Source of the DNA: Prorocentrum cordatum
Lineage: Eukaryota
Direction: 5' to 3'
Assembly (NCBI GenBank): GCA_963575745.1
Contig: CAUYUJ010000259.1
Coordinates: 372,001-436,000 of the forward strand
Length of the DNA stretch: 64,000 nt
Shown here: one piece after another, positions 22,725 to 35,250 of the stretch
How positions within the stretch are numbered: the first letter of the stretch is position 1
Layout: the number at the start of each line of letters is the position of its first letter
Position numbers and translations under genes: made by a program
The notes under the pieces: generated by a model
What the model was told of the DNA's origin: nothing
What the model saw: only the letters and a program-made list of their open reading frames with translations
Database searches by the model: none

Positions 22725-22790
22725 GAGTGGGAGTGGGCCGTGTGGCTCCTCCGGGACATGCCGCGCCGGCGCGTGTGGCCGGACCTCATC
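22725..22790 (+). CDS. PPR protein exon (3' boundary uncertain)
   Basis: GACAG| acceptor. Translates EWEWAVWLLRDMPRRRVWPDLI, completing the 8th PPR. Confidence 0.85.
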
Positions 22791-24227
22791 TGCGGCTCCA
22801 TCGCGAAGCGCGCGAAGCACGTGGGGCGCCTGGGCCGCAAGAGCCGGAGGGGTCGGTTCGGGGAGGGCGGGAGGAGGCAAGAGCAGGGAGGCAGAGGTGC
22901 AAACGGTACCGATACCGTTGCCTTCGATAGGGGAGCGAAGAAGAACATAAAGCATGAATACTCGGAGGTCAGCACGGATTTCTCGGATCCGCGCTGGGCC
23001 CCCATGGCGGTGCCTCCAGCGCCGCCCCTGGCACGCTCCGCGCGCCAGGGAGGCGCGGACCTTCGAGTTTTTGTGTTTATGTCATTATTCGTTCCCTTAC
23101 TTCCTCGTTTTCGCATTGTTCAGGGCCTCCAGGGAGGCACTCGTCACCACCGCTGGATTCGCCTCGAAGTTCTATTCAGAAGCCCCTCTTGAAGAGGTCT
23201 GGGGAGTGACGGCATCAGTACCTTTTGGTTCCCTAGGGGGGAATACAGAGGAAGGAGGGAGGGAGGGAGGGAGTGAGAGCGCAGGACGTGGGGACGGGTC
23301 CTCTGGTACCTCTCTCTGTCTGTCTGTCTCTGTCTCTCTTTCTCTCTCTGCCATTGCTTTCATTTTTGCCCTTCGGCCTTTGATCTTAGGTTGCGCTTCT
23401 TTGCGCATGTCCCATTGACGACCTTTCGTCTCCCGTGTCGACGCGGGAGGAATGAGGATGCAGATCAGAGGGAAGCGTAAAACGAGTAAGAGGAGAAGGA
23501 GGAGAAGGGAGGAGGAGGAGGAGAAGGACGTGGAGGGTGGACAGTGGTGGCAGACGGCGGATGGTGGACGGCGGCAAGGGGCAGCGATGCAGGGTGCGTT
23601 GTGCCGCTCAGAGTGGACGGGCGGGCGGAGTGGGCACGGCGCCTCCGCCGGCGGAGGAATTCGGGATCCCCAGTGAGGGCATTGCGAATGTTCGCACCGA
23701 GTCCTTCGGGATCATGGCAGACTCCCTGGGATGCCTCGACACCGACCTCTTCGCCCAACGCCACTCCCCCGAACCAAACCCGCACCCGCTGCTTGGGGTA
23801 TGTCCCGCCACCGCCTCTCGAGCACACCCCACAGAGAGCCGCAGGTCGGCACGACAACTTCGCAGAAGGATCGTGCGACACGCAGCCTTCTGCTGCCCCC
23901 ACGAGCACTGCCTCAACTTAACACGGAAGCCAGTGGCTGGGAACCGCCACCTCGACGGTTATACCACGTCAGTGCTCTGGCACTCCCTGACCGAACGACG
24001 CAGGGTCGCCCCCAGCAATTGGCCCATCGCAAGAGCAATGCTCACATGTAGCCAAAGTTCCGCTGCCGATTGCTTCTCCTGATTTGTGATAGAGCCAGGC
24101 CGCTCGCGAAGCGCAAGCGAATGCCTCATTCTACACACATTCCGGGTTGCGACGGTGCGAGGTGGCACGGGTGGCCGTCACCGTTTCCGTCACGGGTGGC
24201 AATTCGTGTCTCCAGGGTTGTCAGAGC

Positions 24228-24360
24228 CGTGATGATCATGTTGATATTGATGCTGATTGCGGTTGATCATGCAGTGATGTTGGGGTGATGATGTCGGTGG
24301 GGATGTTGTTGTTGATGATGATGATGATGTTGATGATGATGATGATGATGATGATGATGT

Positions 24361-24392
<32 letters not shown>

Positions 24393-24540
24393 GTGAGGAG
24401 GAGGACTATGACAACGGTTCTGGGTATGACGGTGGTGGTGATGGTGTTGAGGATGATGATGGTGTTGATGGTGGTGAGGAGGAGGAGGAGGAGCAGGAAG
24501 AGGAAGGGACGGAGGAGGAGGACGAGGAGGAGGAAGAGGA
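24228..24540. repeat. (GAT)n/(GAG)n microsatellite
   Basis: Direct reading of the sequence. Confidence 0.95.
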
Positions 24541-27202
24541 TGGCCGTTACATGTGAAACTTTTCTTCTTCACGATTTGAGGAGCTCTCATGGAAATCCTT
24601 CGGGCTGCCTTGGGGTGGTCTTGGCCTCCTGGGAGGCACGCATGTGGTCCTTTGGGGCCGCCTCGGGCTGTGTGTTGGCCTTCTTGGTCGGATGGTGGGC
24701 GTCTGGGTGCCATCGTGGGGCCGTCCGAGGCAGTCGAAGAGCCTTGTAAGGCCGTCTTGTGTCCCACTGGGGGTCCCCTTTGGCCGGCTTGGGGTCGTCT
24801 TGGATGCCTCTTGGGCGATCGTGAGACCTCTTGGGACATCTTGGGACCGTCTTCGGGGACTTGGGCCGTTTGGGAGCCCTCGTTGAGGCCTCTTGGGCCG
24901 TCTTGAACCGACGGACGCCCGAAAAGGCGAGAATGCGAAAATCATTCAAACACAAAGAATCAATGGGCCTGGCTTCTTCGGGCCATGTTGGAGGTCCTCT
25001 TGTGGCCCTTTAAGATCCTCGTGGAAGTATCGTGGGCTGTCTTGAGGCCATCTTCGGCAGCCTTGGCGCCATCTTGGGCCGTATTCGAGGCATCTTTGGC
25101 CATTTTGGTGTCCTTGGTTGCCTGCATGGGCCGTTTTGGAAGCTCCGGGCGCACATCCATCGTTTCTCTACGCGGGATCGTGGCCTCAGCGCGGCTCCAT
25201 GACCCTAAGCTTAAGAGGGGTCATCGCCTCAGGCGAGGGGGTGCATGCATTTAATGCGGCTACGGGGGCATGACCGATTGCAGAATACACGACCACGACT
25301 AGAAGGCATCACATGTCTGCATCGTTAGCACATGCCAAGGGGCCTCCGGGGTGCTGCCTGTTGTACAAAAGTGACACATTTCGATGACATGCCGTACACA
25401 TACATGCAGGGACAGACGCCACGAGCGCACGTCAAACATAGGCACCACGATCTTGTGTGTATTGTGCAGAATTCAAGGCCGTGCATCAATGACACTTGAG
25501 GAGCCAACGCGACCACCATACACCAACAACGAACACCCACTGCACATTACGACCACACATCTGCAGCATACCCCAAAAACGTACACCCATTGCGTACACC
25601 ACTGCCAGACGCGAAGAGCCCACCCCAATCACACATCAACACCATACACAGATCAACGTCCCGTCGCAATCAAGGGCCACTTACTTGTGTTACTGTTATA
25701 GGGGCAGCATGCACCACGCACCCGCATGCATACCATGCTCCAACATATACCAGGCATCAACAATCGGCGCCACTGCCAAGAACCCATCACGGACATCACG
25801 AACGCGCAGTTCGACGAGCTCCCTTCTTCCAAAGGGGGACGTGGCGCCTCCCCGACGGCGCGCAACGCCAGCCCCTCCACGTCAGCACTGCTCTCCAGGG
25901 GGCGGTGCCCACACTCTCGGCAACGCGCTCCCCTCTCATCCCGCCCCTCCCTCCCAACAGCGGCGGCGACAACACTGTCACGCATGAGCTGCTCACGCGA
26001 GGGAGTTTGTGGCATCGAACTGGTCTGTTCCTTCCTGCTCCTTCCCTCCGCCCACCCACGTCTTCCATCTCCTCCCCCACCGCCCCCTCCCGTCCCCTCC
26101 TAACGGAGGCGTCCAGGGCGTCCAAGACCGCCCCGGCTAGGATTCCCACAGTCGGGCCGTTGAAGGAGGATTTTTTTTGTTTGGGAGGGGCTCGGTGTTC
26201 CTCAATTGTTGTACACTTAGTCTTAGGTTTTTCTTCCGGTTCTCTATATGGGGAAGCGAAGATTCACTTATAGAAAAAAGGACCTCGTTCCTTATTGAGG
26301 GTTCCTTGTGGAAGCGCTTATGATTGTATGCGTGCCCATCCCGCTATGGGCCCTCCTCCCCCTTCTTATCTTCCCCACGGCCCTGGCTGGGCGCAGCGCT
26401 CGTATATTGGACCGAACGAAAGGGGGAATAGGGAAAGGGGGGGGTACGGAATCTGCTGCATGCAGCTGGTTTCGGCCACGCCGCCGGGCCCACTCCTCGA
26501 AACATGGGCGCCTCTTGGCGCCGGGAGGCGCCAGGAGAATCAGCTACGCGAGCTGATTCTCTACCCTACCCTTTGCTATCCTTCCCTTTCGTTCCCCCTG
26601 ATGTTTCTCCTCCCCACGGCCCTGAGCGCAGCGCTCGTGCACCGTGCAGAGGAAGATGCCGCAAGTGCCTCAGCGGCAACGGGCGCCGGCCGTGCGGGCC
26701 GGATGGCCGCGTGGCGGGCGAACAGCCGCGTTTCGCTCGCCATCCGTTCTTCGACAGGGCTTTTAATTCAACACATGCTCCAAATCTGCAGGCTTTTTTT
26801 TATGCATTCAAGCATTAAACAAATCCTAGAAGCCAGATTTTTGTTGGAATCTCGAGAGCCAGGGACAGAGAGAGATCAGGGGCGCTGTTCGGGCGGGAGG
26901 CGGTCGGCAAGTTTGGGTCAGCGTGTCGCTCTGCCGTCCGTGGACCACCACGCTTCGGCGAAACACGTTTCAAGGGAGGAAAAGCCACCCCGACCCCGAC
27001 ATTTGGCGTTAACTAAACGGCCCTGGGCGTTTACTAAACAGCCCTGCCCTGTTCGATTTCTTCCTTGGGTGCGTTTACTAAACGGCCTCGCTTGTCGGGG
27101 TGCTTATTCTGGGGGTGGGTTCTCTGCTCTCTAACGCTATCCACACTTCCCACTCCCAAGCGTCAACGTCCCGAGCTGTTCTCAGCCTCCCGCCCCGCGG
27201 AG

Positions 27203-27251
27203 CGGAGCGGCGCGCTATCTGCTTGCAAGGCACAGCATGTCGCCTGGGCCG
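27203..27251 (+). CDS. Candidate further PPR exon
   Basis: Translates RSGALSACKAQHVAWA and would extend PDLIC into a ninth repeat. No clean GT/GC/GA donor of matching phase was found upstream. Confidence 0.3.
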
Positions 27252-27594
27252 GTGCCGCGACGCGCTAAGCAGACATTCCCGACGATAGGCCCCAAGGGGA
27301 GGGGGGGCTCCGGGCGCCCATTGATCGCCGATTGGGCCCGAGGGCTTACCCCGCCCAGGACGGTGCGGATTCGCCATCGGGGGCCTGTCGCCGATCTGTC
27401 GGCGATGCATCGCCGACTCGCGCTGGATGTTTTATTCCCCTGTGCCTGTCTCCCTCTGGCACCGCCCTGCTCTCGCTCGCAGGAGGAGCGGGTCAGGAGG
27501 AACGTGCGGAAAAATGTAGGAAGTACAGAGGGGAAGACGAACGTCCAGGAAGGATTGAGAAATTTGGGGGGGAACCTCCTCGGAGTAGGGCACG

Positions 27595-27870
27595 GTTCGA
27601 GGATGGAGGATTGAGAATCGGGGAGCGAGGATCGTGGATCGGGGAGCGAGGATCGAGGATCGAGGATCTGGGATCGAGGGTCCAGGATCGAGGATCGCGG
27701 AGCGAGGATCGAGGAGCGAGGATCGGAGAGCGAGGGTCGAGGATCGGGGATCGAGGGTGGAGGATTGAGGATCGGGGAGCGAGGAGTGAGGAGCGAGGAT
27801 AGATTGGCGAGGATCGGGGAGCGAGGATCTAGGAGCCAGGAGCCAGGAGCGAGGAGTTGGGATCGAGCTT
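27595..27870. repeat. (GAGGATC/GAGGAGC)n 7-mer repeat
   Basis: Direct reading. Related patches lie near 30770-31000 (reverse) and 31920-32115. Confidence 0.9.
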
Positions 27871-28347
27871 CCCTCCTGCGAGTCCCCCGTCGCCACCGCC
27901 TCGGCAGTCTGGTCGGAACGCACGACGGGAGAGGTCTGGGGAGCAGTGTTACGTCGGACATGTCCCTCTACAGGGGGAGTGTTGAGCAATGGCCAAAAAG
28001 TGCTCTGCGGACGATTTTTCGACTATCTTTGACAGTTGTTGAGCATGCTTTGACCATGTTCTGCGTTTCGTCCCAAATCCGCCTGAGGGAGGACACGCTC
28101 GACCCCTAAGAGTGGCGGCATCGGCACCTCTTGGTTTCCCCCCTGCCCCTCCCCGCCCCTCCCCTGGCCCTGCCCCCCTCCCCTGCCCCTGCCCTCCCCT
28201 GCCCCTGCCCCCCTCCCCTGCCCTCCCCCGCCCCTACCCTCCCCTCCCCTGCCCCCCTCCCCCCCGCCCCTGCCGGGAGGGCAGGCACCGCCGCCTGCGC
28301 CGGCGGCTCGCGCGCCTGGCGGGAGAGGGCCGTGCTGTTGCGTGCAA

Positions 28348-28586
28348 GTGTGCATGCGTGTGGTGCGTGTGCGTGTGCGTGTGTGTGTGTGTGTGTGCGT
28401 GTGTGCGTGTGTGCGTGTGTGTGTGTCTCTGTGTTTGTGTTTGTGATGGTGTTTGTGTTTGTGTTTGTGTGTGTGTGTGTGTTTGTTTGTGTTTGTGTTT
28501 GTGTTTGTGTGCCTGCGTGCGTGCGTGCGTGCGTGGGTGTGGGTGTGGGTGTGGGTGTGGGTGTGGGTGTGTGTGTGTGTGTGCGT
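28348..28586. repeat. (TG)n microsatellite
   Basis: Direct reading of the sequence. Confidence 0.95.
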
Positions 28587-31500
28587 TAGTGTCGGCCTGT
28601 TCGTCTTCCTCCCTCTTCCTCCTCCTCCTCCTCCGCCCTCCTCCGCCCACCTTGTCCCCATCACCAGCCTGGAACGCATCATGGAGCCCTGAGACTGGCA
28701 TTGCCCTGTTTAGGTTGCCGATCTGAAGGATTCCCAGCTCATCCCTCTTCTTGTCTTCGCCTTGGGAGTGTGAGCAGTGCGGACATGGATCAGATCGAGG
28801 TTGGTAATGTCTACCTCCATCCTCCCTCCCCCCCTCCCGGCGCACGCCCGACCGCACCAAGCGCGGCCAGGGCTGGCTGGGGTCGAGCGCGTCGGGCTCG
28901 TCGCTCTCGCCGCTCTCGTTGCCGTCGTCGCCGTTGCCATCGCCTGCGCCGTCGTCGTCGCCTGCTGGAAGAGGGGAGGAAGAGGATAGCGAGGACAAGT
29001 CGGAGGAGGGAGTGTGGGGCCGAGGAGGTGCGAGGAAGATGACCTCTTGTGCTCTCTTGGGGCCCCCTGGGGCTGTCGTGGGCCGTTTTGGAGTGCTGGG
29101 GCAAGGAAATGGCGAAAAAGCCAAACTCATTCCAACAGCATATGGAAAACTCTTGAATTTTGCCGGGTCTCCTGGGAGGCTGCTTGGACGACTTCGGGAT
29201 ACACTGTGTCAGAGGGTTGTGGGACCTCTTGGAGCCTCGTGGGAACCTCTTGCGGCCGTAATGACCTTGCGGTCGTTCGTACCCGGGCATGGGGGAATCA
29301 ATTGCCATGTGTGGTGGCTATCTTCAACGCTTGGAAACATAGAAGGGGTCGACAGATGTTGTTCACAGCGTGGTCCTTACGCTTTCCGTGGAACCGCTGT
29401 CCTGAGCAGTTTCTTGACGGCCCTGCGGCCCGGCGAGGGCCCCCAGATGCAGACAATGGCATCAACCTCTCGCCGCGACTGCTGTTCACGACGCGAGGAT
29501 GTCAGGGAGGAGGAGCAGCGGAGGAGTCCAGGCTTCCCGGGTGGGCTTCGAGTAGATGGGGTCGGAGGATCGCGCCGCACTGCCGATGCATCCGCGATGT
29601 GGCTCAATGTGGAGCCCGATGGTCTCCACGCCGACGGCGCCGATGCATCGCCGACGTCGCGCTGTGTCGCCGCTGCATCGGCGATGCACGGCGATGCGCC
29701 GCGATCCCTTGACCGCATCTACTTCGACACTATCTGAGCGACGGAAACAACGGGGTCGTCTGCGCCGACATTGGCGCGTGAGTTGCCCGCCTAAGGTCGC
29801 GCGTAAGCGCCCTCGCTTCCGATGTGGCGTGCCGCGCTGGCGGCCCGCGTAATTCAGCTCGTAAGGTCGCTCTGTCATCGCGCGTGCAGTCAACATCCAT
29901 GGTCAGGACGCAGTGCTTCTGCAAGGGTACCCTTGCATCCTTGCCTCCTCGGAAATTCCCTGTTTTGTTTCGACATCCAAGGATGGAAGGTCCAAGGGTC
30001 TTGTGTTCTTACATGGCGTCCTTCCTACCGATGTTGTCTGTGAGACATGTTCTGTCGTCGCTCAGTTGGGGAGACCCTGCTTGGACCACCGCTGGGGATG
30101 CTAAAGGGATATGGGGTTCTCAGAGGTTTTCAAAGCGGTGTACATACCTGGCCTAACTAACCTAGCTTGCAGATGGGCTACACGTGCCAGAAGCGGCTGA
30201 CGGCGGGCAGAAATTCCCCCCTTTGCAAGCCACTCCGGGCAAATGTCCAGCGAGCGGCTTGAATAAGGAACACTTGCTTTTCAAAAGGGGCTCGGCCATT
30301 CCTTATGTTTGCATGCGTTCCGCTACCTTTTTTGGCGGCGAGCCCCCTTGGTGTTTCTTCAGATCTTGGACGGGTGGGTTCGTTTTGTCGATGAGGGTGG
30401 CTGGTCTGAGGAACGAGGCTCCAAGAGGGACTCAACGCCGCTAGAAAGGGGCTCGGCCGTGCCTTGGGACTCCGTAGACTTACCTGGAAAAAAGTTGTTT
30501 CGTTCCTTCTGTATCGTTCCTTTGGTCAGGCCGATGACTGCGTGTAGCCCACTCATATGCTAGGTCAGGCCAGAGGCTGCCCACTTCAGCATCCACTTTT
30601 ACCCCCCCCGTCCCCTCAGCAACCTCGGCGGTGATCAAAGCCTCCTCCCCCGAGGTCCCACGATCCAATCTCATGAGCTGGATCGCTCTGTAAGGGTCCC
30701 TGGGCCCGAAATGGGGCGACAACGCACGTTGTGAAACACGTGCAACGTCTGGACCCGAGGGTCTTCCTCGATCTTCGATCCTCCAACCTCCCCCGCCAAA
30801 CCCTGAGATCCAGCGTTGCAAGACAACTCACGCCACGTCGCAAACGTCGCAAGCCACGCCACTTCCTCGAACTTCCCCCGCAACGTCGCAACAAAAACTC
30901 ACGCCGGGAGCCCTGGACCCCATCTTTCTGCTCCATGTTTCGTTCCGGATCGATCTCTGAGGGTCCCTCGATCCTCCATCCTCCATCCTCCATCCTCGTT
31001 GTTCCCTTGGCAACATTCGCAAGGACGCGGCGGCGCCCTGGGCGGACGGGCGGGTTCGGCGGCAAATCATGGGAGCTTGGCCTACCCTTGAAATTCCGTC
31101 TTTAGCGTCGATGAATGTCTAGGAGCGTCGATGCAGCGTCGATGTAGCGTCGATTTAGCGACCGTGTAGCGTCGATTCGCAAGTAGCGTCGATTCGCAAG
31201 AGCCAAGATGGCCTTGGATTATGACGTTACAACCTACTTTCGCCTGGACCTCCAGAAATAATGTCGAGTACCAGGCATGTACCGAGATTGGAGGGTGCTC
31301 ACGTGCCGGTCCCTGGGAGTCGATACTCGTTCGACACCGCTGCGATGCTCTCCTGGGTGCCCGAAATCATTTCTGAGATGTGCTTCTTCAGTACGACGGG
31401 AACCAGCCTCTGGGGCCGTGTTCGAGCGGTCTCGGGAGCCTCTTGGGCGGTCTCGGAGCGTCGGAAAGCCGAAACAGGGATAATGTCAAAAACATAAAAA

Positions 31501-33703
31501 ACACTAATGAAAATCATCGATTGGGGCCTCTCGGGCCGCTCTAGGGCGGCATCTTGAAGCGTCTTGGGACCTCTTGGGGGGGCCTCCTGGGTAGTTTAAA
31601 ACGCATCGTGGGCGGATGGAGACGCCTGGAGGCGGTCTGGGGAGCGTCCTGGAGGCTCCCGGGAGTTGCCGTCGGAGGAGGGGCAGGCCGCCGGCGCGGG
31701 CCCCCACGCCGCCGCGGGGCCTGCGCGCCGAGTGGGCGCCTCCGCGGTCCCCCCCCCCGTGGGGGGGACCCTCCGCGCGCGGCGGGGTGCGCCGCACGCG
31801 CTCGGGGCGGCGCCCCGAGGGCGCGCGCGGCGCGGAGGCCGCAGCCTGCGCAGCGCTCTCGCTCGGGGGGCGGGAGGGCGAGGGGAGGGCGAGGGGAGGG
31901 CGAGGAGCCGGGGCGCGGGGAGCGAGGAGAGCGAGGCGGTGGGGAGAGAGAGGAGAGCGGGGGCAGCGAGGAGCGAGGAGCGCGGGCAGCGAGGAGCGAG
32001 CTTCGGGGTTCGAGGGGCGAGGATCGGGGGCCGGTCTTTGGCGGCGTTGCATTGTTTCTGAAACGTCAGCTCTCAGGGCCAGAGGGATCGAGCGTCGAGG
32101 ATCGAGGATCGAGAATAGGAACAACCTTCAGATCTGGGCGTTGTTTCGCCACGTTCCAGGCCCATGGGCCCTCACACAGAAGCCTTGCTTCATCCCGCCT
32201 CCTCCCTCAACCTTCTTGCTGATGTTCCTCTCCGTCCTCCGCATCCTTCCGTATCCTTCAGCTCGCCCTTGCCTGGACGACCATCCCTCTCGCCGTCCAC
32301 CATTACGTTGCTACTTAGCCTCCCTCTTCCCTCTCTTCCCTCTTCCCCTCCCGCCGCCTCAGCATGGGGCACTGCATTCACTGGGCGGTGGTCGGTTTGC
32401 GCAGAGATGGGATGGCAAGCTCTGCGGAGAACAGGACGGCTCGTTCTGTGGGTGCACTGCAGCGGGGGAAAAACATCTGGGAGCGGGAGTGCAAGCAGGA
32501 GCACGAGCAGCGTCATCCGGGGGATGGGCAGGAGGGCGCGCAATAAGGGGTATGGGGAGAGAGGGGTGGTGAGCGATGGAGTTGTTTTTGGTGGCAGGGA
32601 TCGCCGGGCCATAGCAGACATGGATCAAGGGGGCGTGGATTGGCGACGGGCCCCGTTTCCATCGGGAACCGCGGAGTTCCGCCGCCGAGCGAGTCGGCAC
32701 CCGCTGCATGTTGGGAAGGACACCTCCCCCGATCCATGCGGATTCGGCGACCGCTTGCCAAATCCACGGATCGTTGATTCATGTCTGCGCGCCCCCGGAG
32801 AAGGGAGGGCGTTGGCGCCACGGGCTTGCTCCCCAGTCAATGTTGCACCGCAGGAGAAGCGGCATGATGCAGGGGGCGAGAGGAGGCGCACGAGGAGAAG
32901 GAGGAGGAGGAGGAGGAGGAGCTGTCCGTTGAGCTTTCCGTAAGTCTTTATGCCCCGCGGGGTAGCGGCCACCCCGCGCCGTGTGTCAACACCCCGCAGG
33001 GCTCATAGGCCATCGGCGCTGGAGTGGGGGCGTTGTGCCTCAGGACTTGGCCCTGCGGGGCAGGCCGCAGCCTGGAAGGGAAGAGAAGGGATGAGAAGGG
33101 AGAACGGGGCTTGAGGAGGAGTGATTGAGAAAGGAGAAACAATTGAGGAGCGATTGAGGACGGAGCGGAGGGATCGTTTGAGGAGTGACGGGCGATGGAG
33201 GAGGAGGAGGAGGAGGAGGAGGAGGAGGAGGAGGAGGAGGAAAACGGTGGCGCGATTCAGGAGGGAGGAGGCGAGGACGCATGGGCACAATGAGAAGGGA
33301 GTACGGAGGGAGGGATGGAGTGGAAGAGAAGGCGCGAGGGAGGAACGGACGATGGGGAGGGGTAACGAATTGGAGGAGGTGGCGGATGACGAGGAGACGT
33401 TGAGAAGGACGACGATGGACATTGAGTGACGAGAAGGACGACGACGACGGCAATGAATGCAGCTGTTACTAGTGTGATGTTAAGGCAAGCATCCTAGAGG
33501 GACCGAGAGAGAGAGAGAGAGACATAACAACACTATCTATACACATACAACGATGTATGACTACAGAGAGATACGTACATGTATAGGGAGATATTGAGAG
33601 CGATAAGGAGGAGAGAGAGAGAGAGAGAGACAGACATCAGGAAAGACAGTGACAGAGAGAGAGAGATGGTCGTGGCCGCTCATCGGGGGTTGCATGGTCA
33701 CGA

Positions 33704-33873
33704 GGATGATGCTGATGAAGATGATGAGGATGATGTTGATGATGATGTTGATGATGTGGTTGATGATGATGACGATGACGATGACGATGATGATGATGAT
33801 GATGATGATGCTGATGATGATGCTGATGATGATGATGACGATGATGACGATGATGACGATGATGACGATGACG
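33704..33873. repeat. (GAT/GAC)n microsatellite
   Basis: Direct reading of the sequence. Confidence 0.95.
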
Positions 33874-34332
33874 GGCGGTAGCCATGAGGAACCCGAGAAG
33901 GAGTTTGCGTATGGAGAGGACGCTGACGTGGGTGGTTCGATCCTGAGTCCTGTGGGCCTCGGAGGAGGCGGGAGCGACGAGCAATTGGGGGGAGGAGGGA
34001 GCAGAACGGATGAATGATGGCGTATGGGTTGGGGGGGCGGGCAGGATGGACGTAAGCTTAAGTCGGGCCTGGCCTCCTACAGGGGGATTTTCGGCCGGAG
34101 GTCGAGACGGTAGGGACGTTGACGATGACGAGAAGATGGTCGAGGTCGAGGTCGAGGTCGGAGTCTCCGACGACGCCGACGCCGACGCCGCCGACGACGA
34201 CGACGACGACGGCCGCGGCGCGCGGCGCGCGGCGCGCGGCGCGCGGTGCGCGCGAGCTCGGGCTCCGCCGGGGGGGCCCGCCTGGGCGGCCACCTCCGCC
34301 CGGCCCCCAGCGGCGGGGGCCCGCCAGCGGCC

Positions 34333-34360
34333 ATGGACATGTTCCCGCCCTTCGGCGGAG
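34333..34360 (+). CDS. Gene 2 first coding exon (Pro/Gly-rich protein of unknown function)
   Basis: GCCATGG start after a very GC-rich leader. Translates MDMFPPFGG(G). AG|GT donor in phase 1 matches the exon at 38905. Confidence 0.65.
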
Positions 34361-35051
34361 GTGCCCGGGGGGAGGGCCCGGGCCCGCCGCCGTGCGCCCG
34401 TGTTCCGCCTGCTGCGCCTGTTCCCCCCTCCTGATCCTTCTGATTCTCCTCCTGATCCTCCTTCTGGTCCTTCTCCTCCTCCTCCTCCTGCTTCTCCACC
34501 TCCTCCTGCTCCTCCTCCTCTTCCCTTCCCCCTCCTCCTCCTCCTCCTCCTCCTCCTCTTCCTCCTTCTCCTCCTCCTCCTCCTCCTCCTCCTCCTTCTC
34601 CTCCTCCTCCTCCTCCTCCTCCTCCTCCTCCCCCTACTCCCCCCGAACCGCCTCCAGGGACGCACGTTTCTCCTCCCCCCCCTCTCCGTAGCGATGTGTT
34701 GGGCTCAGTGTGCAGGCGCAGGGGCCTGTGCTGGAAACGCGGCCGCTCCCGTCGGATTCTCACGTTTGTGCTGCGGTGTCTACTTCCGCTGTCCTCGCAG
34801 ACCTCCAGTCAGAGGAGGAAAAGGTACCCATACCTCTACCCTTGCCTCGTTTTGTTTTTTTCGGGCTTCCTGGGAGGCCCTCGTCGCCACCGCTGGATTC
34901 GCCTCGGAATCCTGGTCAGAAGGCACCCCGGGAGAGGTCCGGGGAGTAGCGGTATCGTTACCTCTCCCCATCCATGGCCAATGTTTGCGATGGTTCCGTG
35001 GGTAGTGCGATGTGGATGCCGAAGGGCTCACGGCCCCAGCGCGCTCCGCCA

Positions 35052-35250
35052 GGCTGGTTGGCGCTCCACCTGCGAGACCATGGGGCGTCTGGACATCGTT
35101 TTAACATCGTGCTCCACGTCAACACTCATATCACCACGGCGAAGTCTGCCAAGTTCGTGAGGCAGATGCGTTGTGAGCTCACTGTTGTGACCGCTGGTAC
35201 GACGCCGGTCGAGCAGTCGGTCGGCGTCGTCGCGCCGATCCTGCAGGAGG
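35052..35250 (+). pseudogene. Decayed pogo/Tigger-type DDE_1 transposase fragment
   Basis: WLALHL..FNIVLHVNTHITTAKSAKFVRQMRCELTVVTAGTTPVEQSVGV aligns by eye to the DDE_1 pattern W......LLxLDxxxxH....V..........L..IPxGxTxxLQPLDV. Both catalytic Asp positions are substituted (H, G). Confidence 0.55.

Noticed and set aside
23640..24200. Repeat-poor, coding-like stretch on the minus strand
   Set aside because: Only short broken ORFs with no recognisable motif; cannot be assigned without a search.
28284..28330. Possible terminal PPR-gene exons here and at ~31685-31860
   Set aside because: GC-rich and exon-like, but no unique frame or phase-consistent join could be established.
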